Notes: generated from the sequence alone by a model not told the origin. 64,000 nucleotides of DNA from Nitrosopumilus sp. LS_AOA (GCA_001543015.1 LFLC01000057.1:27457-91456); one strand, 5' to 3'; shown: positions 1 to 9,183, counted from the stretch's first letter. Made by a program: numbers and translations.

Positions 1-715
1 CAAGTAAAGTTAGGACACTTTTGAAACTAATCTTCATTTGTCCTTGGTTTGCAAGGGCCACATAGTGATTGATTAGAGACCTAAAATGCCATTTGTTGAA
101 AAAATAATCTCCTACTTTGAACTTGTAGTCAAATGCATCTAACTTTTCAAGATATGATTTTGCTTCATCTATATCCTGAGTAATATTTCCTGATTTGTCA
201 AATATTTGTGAATCAAATAGAATATCACCAATTCCTACTAGAATTGCTACTCTCTCAAACATTTGAGTTGGTGATTCAATAATCTCACTTTTTCCGTTTC
301 TGAAAAGATATCGTGATGCCAATACTCTAAGACAATTCAAATCAAACTTTTTAGAAACTGGATCAAGGATCTTTAAATTCAAGACGTTCTTTTTCTGGTC
401 TCTTAATTTTCTTCTCTCATGTCTGTAAACAATGTATGCTTTTGCAATGTCACTATTGCCACTATCAATCAAAGTTGATTCTACAATATCTTGAATGTCT
501 TCAACTGTAGGTGTTCTAGTACTAGTAAATCCTTGTTCCACTAATTTGTTAACTACATTTTCTGCTAATTGATCAGCTAGGCCACGATCTGCTTTAGATG
601 TGGCTGCCAATGCCCTAAATATGGCATTTGAAATTTTATCTTTATTAAATGCCGTTACTGCGCCACTGCGCTTTCGAATATCAATTATGGTATTTTCTAT
701 TTGTGAATTGTCCAT
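1..715 (-). CDS. nrdJ: Ribonucleotide reductase large chain, N-terminal part (ATP-cone plus start of catalytic domain). Probably class II/B12-dependent. The gene continues past the left edge.
   Basis: Absent from the ORF track because there is no stop in the window. My minus-strand translation from ATG (complement of 713-715) gives MDNSQIENTIIDIRKRSGAVTAFNKDKISNAIFRALAATSKADRGLADQLAENVVNKLVEQG...AKAYIVYRHERRKLR, an ATP-cone. It continues LNCLRVLASRYLFRNGKSEIIESPTQMFERVA, a typical RNR N-terminal motif. The class assignment is inference. Confidence 0.75.
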   Translation of the reverse strand, partial: MDNSQIENTIIDIRKRSGAVTAFNKDKISNAIFRALAATSKADRGLADQLAENVVNKLVEQGFTSTRTPTVEDIQDIVESTLIDSGNSDIAKAYIVYRHERRKLRDQKKNVLNLKILDPVSKKFDLNCLRVLASRYLFRNGKSEIIESPTQMFERVAILVGIGDILFDSQIFDKSGNITQDIDEAKSYLEKLDAFDYKFKVGDYFFNKWHFRSLINHYVALANQGQMKISFKSVLTLL

Positions 716-750
716 TATAATCTCCCCGACATAGTTATGATCAGTATGGG

Positions 751-757
751 TATAAAT
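751..757 (-). promoter_or_regulatory. Candidate TATA box for nrdJ
   Basis: The minus strand reads ATTTATA about 36 nt upstream of the nrdJ ATG. That spacing fits an archaeal promoter with a short 5' UTR. Confidence 0.3.
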
Positions 758-833
758 GATTCTGCAGTTTTTTCTTAAAGTTCAGTGCAATAATGTTGAC
801 ACCACTTCTATGAAGTTCATAACGGCATAACAT

Positions 834-895
834 TGATCGTTGTTAACGATGATCGCATCATCCGAATTTGATCAAAAAGTTTTGAAAAATGATCG
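834..895. promoter_or_regulatory. Array of TGATC(A/G) motifs plus inverted repeat ATCGTT-N3-AACGAT (836-850) upstream of nrdJ. Candidate operator.
   Basis: TGATCG occurs at 834, 850 and 890, and TGATCA at 869, with another TGATCA at 738. Spacings between the last four are 16, 19 and 21 bp. Related TGATCA (3133) and TGATCT (3143) lie upstream of the 920-3082 gene. Confidence 0.35.
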
Positions 896-919
896 TTACT
901 AGTTTTTTATTTATGAATT

Positions 920-3082
920 TCAGACAATGTATGGTGATTTACATTTTGGACATTTGTCCTCAAATGGTTCATCTTTAAAACCACATTCACCACAAATTGC
1001 AGTTATTCTAACAGGCTTGAATGATGATGTTAGTTGAGATGTTTTCTCAATTGATTTTTTGATTTCATCAACCTTTGCATTTTTGTCAATATTTAATGCA
1101 ACAAATAATCCTCCATTGAGTAATTTTGAGAGTTTGTTACATTCAGCAATAGGTTCGCTTTTATTAGTATAATCAGAAACATCAGAGGCATTAATTATCA
1201 CACCTTCAGAATAAGAATCGCCTTCCATGGAGTTAAGAGAAGAATTTTTGCCATATTTCTCACCATCTAGTTTTGCAAAACGGGTTGAACTCTCAGTTTC
1301 AGTCATGCAAATAGCAACAGAATCACCTAATTCTTTGCCTTTTTTAGCACCCACATCAACTGCAGTTTCAATGACTTTGTGAAGAATAGCACGACCTTCT
1401 TTATTGTCTTTGTATCCTAAAATATTAAAAATTGCCTCTTTGAGACCTACTAAATTTATGACAAGTGAGACAGAACTTCTTTGCATGTATTGAGTATTTT
1501 TTGCAAGAATCGGATTTAGTCCTCGTCTTGTAAGATCAGAAATATCTTTTTTTCTTAATGCCATAGATACTAAAGCAGGTTTCATTAATAATGCGAGTCT
1601 TGCTCTAAAGTAAGTTTCATCTTTATTTGATTCAAATGCAAGTCTTGGAAGATTAATAGAAACAGATTGTAAATTAATTGAAAGTGGACCTGTAGTTTTT
1701 GTAGAACCATTTGTAACTCCTAAACTTGACATTTGACCTTTAGCAAACATTACTTTGCCACCAATAGAAATTATTTCAGCCACTGATGCTGAAACATCAG
1801 TTATTTTTCCTTTCTCAGTATCTATAATTAAACCAATTTTTGGAATTGGTGTAATCTTTGTATAATTTTTGTATGCATTAATTATTGCATTGATTATTTT
1901 TGTATCAAATCCTAGTTGTAGTCTGATTGATACGTTTGTATTTTTCATATTGAATTTTGAAGAAGTAGATGCAGTTGAAAATGCATTTGATAATTTTTGT
2001 TCAAGTTCAGGAAGAGATTTTGAATGTTTTACAAACAAGGGGATTAAACCATCAAGGACAACTTCTTGTGAAGCTTCTTTTGAGAGTAGAGATATTATTA
2101 TTGATAGTGCACTTGTAATCTCATCTAATTGTTTTGATGCAGGGATTCTTGAAACATCAAGGTATTTTCCACCAAGATTAATTCCATCATCAATTAATTC
2201 TTTAACATTGACAAATATTGTATCAGGAATCATAGACCAAATTCCAGGATTTGAAATATGCAAATCTCCAGAAAGATGAGAATCTGCTACATCTTTTGGT
2301 AGTGTGTTTGTAAGAAGATGTTCAGCAAATACTTTCTGACCAGTGTGAAACAATAAACCTTCAGCACCATTATCTACATTATCTAAATTGGAAATCATTT
2401 CCTGTACATCAAAAACAGGCAATCCTAGGCGTGCTAATTTATTACGATATTCCTCATGACCGTGCTCTAAAAGGACAGAATTGACCATTTCTCGGATAAG
2501 TGCGCCTGTAAGATAGGTAGTCTGATATTTGTAAATTCTATTTTCAACTTCTTCAGTAATTTTTTGTGCTAATTCTAATGGAAGACTACCTTCACGAACT
2601 AGTGATTGAATAATTTTATGAGAATTAAATTCTTCAATGGATTCATGTGATGTTCTAACATACATTTTTCCACTTTCAATAATTGATCTTTCTTCTATTT
2701 GTCTTGCTAAACTTAAAACCAATTTTCCAAGATTTGTAATTGTGTAACGTCTTTCAGATTTGTTTAGAGCAACAAGGGATTGTCTTAATAATTTTCTCAA
2801 ATGATATGCAAATTTTCCACTTTCTTTTTTTGATTTGAATCCAGCAAGTGATTTTAATTCAGAATATGTTAATGGACCTTTAGAATTTAGAATTCTGAGA
2901 ATATCAATTCTGTTTGGACTAGCCATTACAGAGAAAATCATCCTAACACGTTTTGATGTAGATTGTAAAATTCCACCTCTATTTGATGATTCATCATCAC
3001 CATCAAAGTCTGAGTCCAAATCAGAGTCTAGATCTGAATCTACATCAGTATCCATTTCTAATTCTTCTGGATTCAATTTCAT
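920..3082 (-). CDS. wHTH (ArsR-like) + ATP-cone + NrdD-like (class III RNR-like) domain protein ending at the Zn ribbon, with no glycyl-radical tail. Putative nucleotide-sensing regulator.
   Basis: 720 aa. Acidic N-terminus DTDVDSDLDSDLDSDFDGDDE. wHTH: NRIDILRILNSKGPLTYSELKSLAG...RYTITNLG. ATP-cone: YVRTSHESIEEFNSHKIIQSLVREG...IREMVNSVLLEHGHEEYRNKLA. NrdD-like motifs: HLSGDLHISNPG, SVSINLPRLAF and TETESSTRFAKLDGEKYG. The C-terminus is CGECGx11CPKC followed by only 5 residues. Confidence 0.8.
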   Translation of the reverse strand: MKLNPEELEMDTDVDSDLDSDLDSDFDGDDESSNRGGILQSTSKRVRMIFSVMASPNRIDILRILNSKGPLTYSELKSLAGFKSKKESGKFAYHLRKLLRQSLVALNKSERRYTITNLGKLVLSLARQIEERSIIESGKMYVRTSHESIEEFNSHKIIQSLVREGSLPLELAQKITEEVENRIYKYQTTYLTGALIREMVNSVLLEHGHEEYRNKLARLGLPVFDVQEMISNLDNVDNGAEGLLFHTGQKVFAEHLLTNTLPKDVADSHLSGDLHISNPGIWSMIPDTIFVNVKELIDDGINLGGKYLDVSRIPASKQLDEITSALSIIISLLSKEASQEVVLDGLIPLFVKHSKSLPELEQKLSNAFSTASTSSKFNMKNTNVSIRLQLGFDTKIINAIINAYKNYTKITPIPKIGLIIDTEKGKITDVSASVAEIISIGGKVMFAKGQMSSLGVTNGSTKTTGPLSINLQSVSINLPRLAFESNKDETYFRARLALLMKPALVSMALRKKDISDLTRRGLNPILAKNTQYMQRSSVSLVINLVGLKEAIFNILGYKDNKEGRAILHKVIETAVDVGAKKGKELGDSVAICMTETESSTRFAKLDGEKYGKNSSLNSMEGDSYSEGVIINASDVSDYTNKSEPIAECNKLSKLLNGGLFVALNIDKNAKVDEIKKSIEKTSQLTSSFKPVRITAICGECGFKDEPFEDKCPKCKSPYIV

Positions 3083-3227
3083 GAATTTTATGAAGAAAAG
3101 GAGTAATTAAGACTTATGACTATATGATTAATTGATCATTTATGATCTAATTTGAGATTTGTTAATTTTTTATACAAAAATTAGGATAAATTTTTTAAAA
3201 ATTAAAAATAGATCCTTGATTTGAAGA

Positions 3228-3389
3228 TCATTTTTCTTGAACATCAAGTGAAAACTCAGATGTAGAAAGCTTTTGTCCACATGATGGACATTTACCGCCA
3301 TAAGGATTCATAACATCTTTGATAGATTTTAACATCTTCATGGTTGTGATCTTTTCACCACATTTACCACATGTAATTTCTACTGACAT
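3228..3389 (-). CDS. Small zinc-ribbon protein (53 aa)
   Basis: Manual translation gives MSVEITCGKCGEKITTMKMLKSIKDVMNPYGGKCPSCGQKLSTSEFSLDVQEK, with a CxxC...CxxC pair. It is too short for the ORF track. Confidence 0.45.
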   Translation of the reverse strand: MSVEITCGKCGEKITTMKMLKSIKDVMNPYGGKCPSCGQKLSTSEFSLDVQEK

Positions 3390-3459
3390 AAGAATTACAA
3401 GATGTGTAAAATTATTAAGAATCGATTTTGATTTTTTTTAATAATTCAAGCAAATTATT

Positions 3460-3825
3460 TTACTGCTTTTCAATGATGATTCCACGATCATCAAAACCAG
3501 TAATTTTTGCTTTTGTTCCAACAGGGAGATCATCGGGGGTGGCAATATTTGGCATAAATCCTGAAATTCTCAAATCTGTATTATCGACTTGAAGTACAAC
3601 AAAGGCATATGGTGTGTATTTTTCAAAGCCTGCAGGAGCCACAGTAATGATGGTATACGTGGCAACTGAGCCTGTACCCTCTAAAACATTATCATCAAAA
3701 CCCTTACTACCACATTTTGAGCAATAATATGCTGTAGAAAGATGAAGATGACCACAACTAGTACATTTGTGAGCTAAGAGTTTACCTTGTTTGGCATATT
3801 CAATAAGTTGTTCCTCAATTGTCAT
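3460..3825 (-). CDS. DUF35 OB-fold/zinc-ribbon protein, the small partner of archaeal thiolase
   Basis: MTIEEQLIEYAKQGKLLAHKCTSCGHLHLSTAYYCSKCGS then an OB-fold region. I chose the start at the internal Met (3825), immediately after the thiolase stop (3827-3829). Confidence 0.85.
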   Translation of the reverse strand: MTIEEQLIEYAKQGKLLAHKCTSCGHLHLSTAYYCSKCGSKGFDDNVLEGTGSVATYTIITVAPAGFEKYTPYAFVVLQVDNTDLRISGFMPNIATPDDLPVGTKAKITGFDDRGIIIEKQ

Positions 3826-3826
3826 T

Positions 3827-4990
3827 TTATACACTCTGGAATATATGAACAGCACAACTTGCACCAGTTGCACCAAAATTATGAGTTAAACCAATTTTTG
3901 CATCTTTAACAGTTCTTGCACCAGCTTTTCCAGTTAATTGATCAAATACTTCTACTACTTGTCCAACACCTGTTGCACCTATTGGATGTCCTTTTGATTT
4001 AAGACCACCTGATGGATTAATTGAAATGTCAGAATTTAATTTAGTTCTACCTTCACGAACAGCTTGAACTCCTTGTCCTTTATCAAAGAATCCCAAGTCT
4101 TCAGTGTCAACTATTTCTGCAATTGTAAAACAATCATGGACTTCTGCAAAGTCAATATCTTTTGCAGTAATACCTGCCATTTTGTAAGCATCTGCTACTG
4201 CAATCTTTGTACTAGGAATTGTTGTTAAATGTTCACGTCCTTGTAATGCAGCTGGTGAACCACCTCTGCCAGAACCAATTACTTCAATATAGTCTCCACC
4301 ATTTTCTTTTGCAAACTTTTCAGAACAAAGAATAACAGAACTTGCACCATCAGAGAATGGACAGCAATCAAAAAGTTTTAGTGGACTTGCAACCACTGCA
4401 GAATTCATTACATCATCAATAGTAATTTTCTTTTGCATGTGAGCTTTTGGATTAAGAATTCCATTGTCATGATTTTTTACTGCAACTGCTGCAAAATCTT
4501 CTTCAGTTGCATCAAACTCGGTCAAGTAAGCTCTTGCCATAGATGCAAACAAACCTGGAAATGATGCACCTGCCTGACCTTCATAGAAAAAGTCTGAACA
4601 ATATGCAAAGTATGTTGTTGTCCATTCAGTTCCAGTGTGAGTTACTTTTTCAACACCGGTAACAAGAAGACAATCATAAAATCCGGCTGCAACATTAGCA
4701 TATGCCTCTCTAAAAGATACAGAACCACTGCCACATGCAGACTCTATTGTTAATGATGGTTTTTCTGGAATTCCTAATCTACTCATTAAAACAGGACCAA
4801 GATGTACCTGCTTATCAGCAACTCCAAAAACGTTTGAAATGTAAGATGCTTGAATGTCTTTAGGAGAAATTTTTGCACTTTCTATGGCTGAAACTGATGC
4901 CTGAGTAGTGATATCAGCAATACTTTCACTTAATTTTCCATATTTAGTGCTACCAGCACCAAGAACACAAACCTTTTCCACAAATGTCAC
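3827..4990 (-). CDS. Archaeal-type thiolase (acetyl-CoA C-acetyltransferase / acetoacetyl-CoA beta-ketothiolase)
   Basis: 387 aa. It carries the thiolase fold motifs ESACGSGS (active-site Cys), NPSGGLKSKGHPIGATG and HNFGATGASCAV. Confidence 0.9.
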   Translation of the reverse strand: MTFVEKVCVLGAGSTKYGKLSESIADITTQASVSAIESAKISPKDIQASYISNVFGVADKQVHLGPVLMSRLGIPEKPSLTIESACGSGSVSFREAYANVAAGFYDCLLVTGVEKVTHTGTEWTTTYFAYCSDFFYEGQAGASFPGLFASMARAYLTEFDATEEDFAAVAVKNHDNGILNPKAHMQKKITIDDVMNSAVVASPLKLFDCCPFSDGASSVILCSEKFAKENGGDYIEVIGSGRGGSPAALQGREHLTTIPSTKIAVADAYKMAGITAKDIDFAEVHDCFTIAEIVDTEDLGFFDKGQGVQAVREGRTKLNSDISINPSGGLKSKGHPIGATGVGQVVEVFDQLTGKAGARTVKDAKIGLTHNFGATGASCAVHIFQSV

Positions 4991-5037
4991 TGACCCATTT
5001 CCCTATAAAAATTGTTTTAGTAAATTCAATATAGAAA

Positions 5038-5502
5038 ATGCCAAGGAAATCAAATCTCAAAACTCCTCAAATTAAAAAACCAATTATGAGACATGTCGTC
5101 AAAACTACAAAGTCAAGAACTAGTATCTTCAAAAAAGAAATTATTCAGTATTATGATAGTAATGGATTTCTTTCTTGGTCATCAAAAGAAAAAAAATACA
5201 TGATACTTGGAACAAATTCTCCTAAAAATGGTCTAGTACCATGTCCTGAATGTAAAGTAGGAGAGTTGATGGTAATCAGATCGAAGGCAACAAGGAAGCG
5301 ATTCATGGGTTGTTCAAACTATTATGGAGGATGTAAAGCATCATCCCCATTATTACAAAAAGCAAGAATGAGGGCAATAAAGATGCCCTGTGATGTATGT
5401 AAATGGCCAATGATAATTTTTCGATATTCACGAAATCAGAAATGGACAAAACAATGCGGAAATTTTAATTGTGAAAGCAGAAAGACTAAGCCTTCAAAGT
5501 AG
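5038..5502 (+). CDS. Protein with two topoisomerase-type C4 zinc fingers
   Basis: The fingers are CPECKVGELMVIRSKATRKRFMGCSNYYGGC and CDVCKWPMIIFRYSRNQKWTKQCGNFNC. The N-terminus is basic. Confidence 0.65.
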   Translation: MPRKSNLKTPQIKKPIMRHVVKTTKSRTSIFKKEIIQYYDSNGFLSWSSKEKKYMILGTNSPKNGLVPCPECKVGELMVIRSKATRKRFMGCSNYYGGCKASSPLLQKARMRAIKMPCDVCKWPMIIFRYSRNQKWTKQCGNFNCESRKTKPSK

Positions 5503-6292
5503 AATAGATATCTGTTCGTCTGTTTTTAAGTAATGGTAAAATTTTACGTGTTTGTTTTACTTTGTTTAAATCAATATCAACATAACCAATACCTTGTTTC
5601 TTTTTCATGTCAAGTAAAATTTTTCCATATGGATCAACTACTAAACTTCGACCACAGTAAATATTTCCAACTTGATCTGGTGCAATAACATAACATCCAT
5701 TTTCAATTGCACGCGTTTTGTTAATTGTAATCCAATGTTCTTCTTTCATGTTACCTTTAACCCATGCAGATGGTGCAACTAAAACTTCAGCACCAGATGC
5801 TGCAAGTGAACGTGCCATTTCAGGAAATCTCAAGTCATAACAAATCATCATTCCTGTTTTTCCCAATGTTGTGTTTACAGGCTTTGTAATTTTTGAGCCT
5901 GGAACCATTTTGTCTGATTCTTTAAATCCTAACGCATCATAGAGATGAATTTTTCTATAGGTAGAAATCACTTTACCTGAATTATCAATTACAAATGAAG
6001 AATCATATACACGATCTTTTTTTCTGCTCTTTTCATAAAATGATCCAATAATTTGAATTCTATTTTCTTTTGCTGCTTTTGCTATACTTGAAACAAAATT
6101 TCCATTAATTGTTTCAGCTAAACTTGCTAGTTGTTTTGAAGTTTGTTTAGAATTTGTGTAAAACATCATAAATTCTGGAAATGCACATAGTTTTGCATTC
6201 TTTGATGCTGCCTTTTGAATATATGAAATAATTTTTTCTAAATTTGTTTGTTTGTCAGTTGATGCTTTGAATTGAACTACTGCAGCTTTCAT
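5486..6292 (-). CDS. Carbon-nitrogen hydrolase (nitrilase superfamily)
   Basis: The Glu-Lys-Cys triad context is present: CAFPEF, YRKIHLY and MMICYDLRFPE. Confidence 0.85.
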   Translation of the reverse strand: MKAAVVQFKASTDKQTNLEKIISYIQKAASKNAKLCAFPEFMMFYTNSKQTSKQLASLAETINGNFVSSIAKAAKENRIQIIGSFYEKSRKKDRVYDSSFVIDNSGKVISTYRKIHLYDALGFKESDKMVPGSKITKPVNTTLGKTGMMICYDLRFPEMARSLAASGAEVLVAPSAWVKGNMKEEHWITINKTRAIENGCYVIAPDQVGNIYCGRSLVVDPYGKILLDMKKKQGIGYVDIDLNKVKQTRKILPLLKNRRTDIYSTLKA

Positions 6293-6355
6293 GAGATTGA
6301 TTATTTCAATGACAATAAAAGGATGAACTTTTAGTAAAATTATTTGTAAAAAGAA

Positions 6356-6532
6356 TTAAAGTTGGTTTCCTGCTAAAAACCAATTTTCTTTTGGATTGTC
6401 TTCAAAAACAACAATTACATGACTCTCCTTAGTCTTTAGAATTTCAACTGCTGATTTTGTTATTGCTTTTGCATATTCATCTTTTTGTTCCTGAGTTCTT
6501 CCAGGATACATTGATACTGTAATCAAAGGCAT
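6356..6532 (-). CDS. 4-oxalocrotonate tautomerase family protein (58 aa)
   Basis: Manual translation gives MPLITVSMYPGRTQEQKDEYAKAITKSAVEILKTKESHVIVVFEDNPKENWFLAGNQL. Pro at position 2 and the overall pattern are typical of the family. Confidence 0.7.
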   Translation of the reverse strand: MPLITVSMYPGRTQEQKDEYAKAITKSAVEILKTKESHVIVVFEDNPKENWFLAGNQL

Positions 6533-6565
6533 AAAAAATTCAAATAGATTCAGGAATTTATGTTT

Positions 6566-7342
6566 TCAATAATTGGGTCTGTAACCGTATCTTGAACCAT
6601 ACGTAAAATCAGAGCTGTGAGTTTTTTTGTAAATGTATCCTGTTGCCAATCCAATTACAAATCCACCAATATGAGCCAAATAAGCTACACCGCCGCCAGC
6701 AACACCGAATCCTCCAACAAAAAATGGCAATAAATTTTGGAAAACTAACCAAAATGGTAAGAACCATCGAGCCTGAATGTGCATCATTCTCCAAAAGAAA
6801 CCAAGCATCAAGAAAGTTTGAATTCTAGCTTTTGGAAAAATTACCAAATAAGCTCCCAATATTCCAGAAATTGCGCCAGATGCACCAACTGCAGGAATCA
6901 CACTACTTGGATCGCCATAAATGTGAACTAGTCCTGCAGTTACACCCCACATTAAATAAATTCCAAGATACTTTACTTTTCCAAACTTTTGTTCAATGTT
7001 ATCTCCAAATATCCACAAGAACAATAAATTACCACCAAGATGCATCAATCCACCATGCAGGAATGTTGAAGTAATCAAAGAGATGTATGGTGTAGAAGGA
7101 CATAGAATTCTAACGGGTCCTGCACCAAAATCTATTGCAGAAAAAGATGCACCTGTAACACAATTAGGAACAGCGCCCCAATTGTAAAATAAATTAAATG
7201 CATTTTGATTTGTAAAGTCAAAGAATTGTCCAGTATATGCAATTTCTATTAAAAATACAATTACATTAATTATGATTAAAGCATATGTTACTTTTGGTTT
7301 GAATCCTGGAGGATGTGGATTCTCATCTCTTAATGGAAACAT
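6566..7342 (-). CDS. Rhomboid family intramembrane serine protease
   Basis: The motifs FLHGGLMHLGGNLLFL, GASGAISG (GxSG catalytic Ser) and AHIGGF are present, with multiple TM segments. Confidence 0.85.
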   Translation of the reverse strand: MFPLRDENPHPPGFKPKVTYALIIINVIVFLIEIAYTGQFFDFTNQNAFNLFYNWGAVPNCVTGASFSAIDFGAGPVRILCPSTPYISLITSTFLHGGLMHLGGNLLFLWIFGDNIEQKFGKVKYLGIYLMWGVTAGLVHIYGDPSSVIPAVGASGAISGILGAYLVIFPKARIQTFLMLGFFWRMMHIQARWFLPFWLVFQNLLPFFVGGFGVAGGGVAYLAHIGGFVIGLATGYIYKKTHSSDFTYGSRYGYRPNY

Positions 7343-7382
7343 TAGTTGATTAGCTTCGATAAAAATCGTATAATAACATTAT

Positions 7383-8942
7383 TTAGTTTTGAATTTGTAA
7401 AATTCCTTGTTTTATTAAAAATTCTAATCCTTGAACAAATGTCTCATCATCAATGGAGCCATCAGCCCACCAACCTACATTATTTCTAATCCAATCAGGA
7501 ATTTCCTGTGATTCAGAACTTTCTTGTTGTGTTTGAGGAATTATAATAATATTATTATTTATCAAATATTCAATTCCTTTGATGAAAGTATTATCATCAA
7601 TTTGTTGCTCTGACCACCATAATGCATTATTTCTAATCCAATCAGGAATGGGAATGGAGTTATTTTGAGTGATTCTATTAATTACAATAGGAATTTTAGT
7701 TGTAGCAAGATGGTTATCATCTAAATTTTTGAAATTTAGATAAACTATACCTGAAATATCTTTAGGAATAAAAAACTCGGCAGTATTATGTTCTTCTTTT
7801 GAATCAGTACTAGTTCCACTTTGTTCAAAAATTACTATATCATTTTGAGTAATAGAAAAGTCATAAATTGCAGCAATTGGTCTATTCTTTAAGAAAATAT
7901 CTGTAACATCAAATAATATTTTTGCATTTGAATTAGATTTTAGATTCTCTGGTTCCCAAGATACAAGAATTCTAAACTGCCCATTTTCTGTAACAGAACT
8001 CAAATGAGAATAATCACGGTCAGGTTTTATTATAAAATCCATTTCATCAGTACTGGGATTACTTTGAAAAATATTCAATAATTCTTTTTGATAAATAATA
8101 AAATGTACTATCCGTTCATGAGAGATAAAATCATCAATGTTTACAACATCTTTAGATAATTCAATTCCATTTACATACATTGTAAAACCAGATACTAGTA
8201 AATCACCAAAGTCTTTTGAAATTTGTAATTCTTCATGGACAACAGATGTTTGATTAATGTTTGATTGACTCCATTCAAAAGGCATGGAAAAACTAATCTC
8301 TTTTGAATTTGAATCATATTCAAAATCTGAAATTTCATCATAATACGAAATGGTGTAAATATTTTGTTCCCCAAAATTTGGATCAATAATACTATGTTTT
8401 GATGTTTGAGCAATTGAAATTCCTGCATTAAAGACTAGAGGTTTATCTAATTTTTTGGAATATCCATCTGCAGTAAGCACACTAATGTCAAATTTGTACA
8501 AACCACCCTCACTTAGTTTTGGTCCAATTACATGAACTATCCTACTTTCAAGTCCTAATAATGAACCAAAAAAATCATCACTGTTATTATCATCATCAAT
8601 TATTATTGGAATTGTATCTTCTGATACAAAATTAAAAACTATGAAACCATTATCTGCTTGAAATTCTTGCTCAAAAAGAAATGTTTCTCCACGTTCAGAA
8701 GTAATTAAAAAAGTTACATCTCGTAAGGTAATTTTTGAATCAAAATCAATTAATGAAATAGAAATTTGTTGATCATCATTAGTTTCAGGATTGTTTTGTG
8801 AAGATGAAACTTCCAAAGTAACTAATCGACCATCTAATTCAACGGGTGGAAAAGTTTCACTACCAAAGCCATGACCATATACATGATCTATTCCAAAAAA
8901 TAGAAAAAATATCAAAGATGTAAATAAAAATAAATTTTTCAA
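7383..8942 (-). CDS. Secreted protein, paralog 1 of an uncharacterised family. Mature N-terminus HGFG, with two C-terminal W-rich ~35-aa repeats.
   Basis: The ORF track starts it at 9035. An in-frame TTG at 8940-8942 gives a clean signal peptide MKNLFLFTSLIFFLFFGIDHVYG|HGFG and removes the overlap with 8944-9150. Motifs shared with 9184-10899 and 19278-21014: GGLYKF, FEYDSNSKEISFSMPFEWS, VVHEE, MYVNGIE and RIVHF. Confidence 0.7.
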   Translation of the reverse strand: MKNLFLFTSLIFFLFFGIDHVYGHGFGSETFPPVELDGRLVTLEVSSSQNNPETNDDQQISISLIDFDSKITLRDVTFLITSERGETFLFEQEFQADNGFIVFNFVSEDTIPIIIDDDNNSDDFFGSLLGLESRIVHVIGPKLSEGGLYKFDISVLTADGYSKKLDKPLVFNAGISIAQTSKHSIIDPNFGEQNIYTISYYDEISDFEYDSNSKEISFSMPFEWSQSNINQTSVVHEELQISKDFGDLLVSGFTMYVNGIELSKDVVNIDDFISHERIVHFIIYQKELLNIFQSNPSTDEMDFIIKPDRDYSHLSSVTENGQFRILVSWEPENLKSNSNAKILFDVTDIFLKNRPIAAIYDFSITQNDIVIFEQSGTSTDSKEEHNTAEFFIPKDISGIVYLNFKNLDDNHLATTKIPIVINRITQNNSIPIPDWIRNNALWWSEQQIDDNTFIKGIEYLINNNIIIIPQTQQESSESQEIPDWIRNNVGWWADGSIDDETFVQGLEFLIKQGILQIQN

Positions 8943-8943
8943 A

Positions 8944-9150
8944 CTATGTCCACTTGTTTGGATCTTTTTTACGAATTTCTTTTCCGTCAATAGTGATTTG
9001 ATCTTTTTCTTCAAAAACAGTATGCCATTTTCCATTATTTGGAAAAATCTTGTTCATTTCTTTGACTTTGTTATTAGTTGGTGCTTTGTTCATCAAAGCT
9101 CCCCATTTCATGTTTGGAACTTTTGGCATAATGTCATTGATATCTTTCAT
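8944..9150 (-). CDS. Hypothetical small hydrophilic protein (68 aa)
   Basis: An open frame between the two paralogs on the same strand. I recognise no motifs, so it may be non-coding. Confidence 0.25.
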   Translation of the reverse strand: MKDINDIMPKVPNMKWGALMNKAPTNNKVKEMNKIFPNNGKWHTVFEEKDQITIDGKEIRKKDPNKWT

Positions 9151-9183
9151 TACACTATCACTTTACAGAATTTATTTAAAAAC

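Noticed and set aside
3000-3060. Imperfect 12-bp periodicity (gagtccaaatca / gagtctagatct / gaatctacatca)
   Set aside because: It simply encodes the acidic DSDLDSDLDSDF tail of the 920-3082 protein and is not an independent DNA-level element.
1869-3110. Plus-strand ORFs 1869-2279 and 2835-3110 inside the 920-3082 gene
   Set aside because: They are antisense shadow ORFs with low-complexity, Ser/Phe/Ile-rich translations. The minus-strand frame carries clear wHTH, ATP-cone and NrdD motifs.
6609-7187. Four 60-80-aa ORFs overlapping the rhomboid gene
   Set aside because: All lie within or antisense to a well-supported rhomboid CDS, and none has a recognisable motif.
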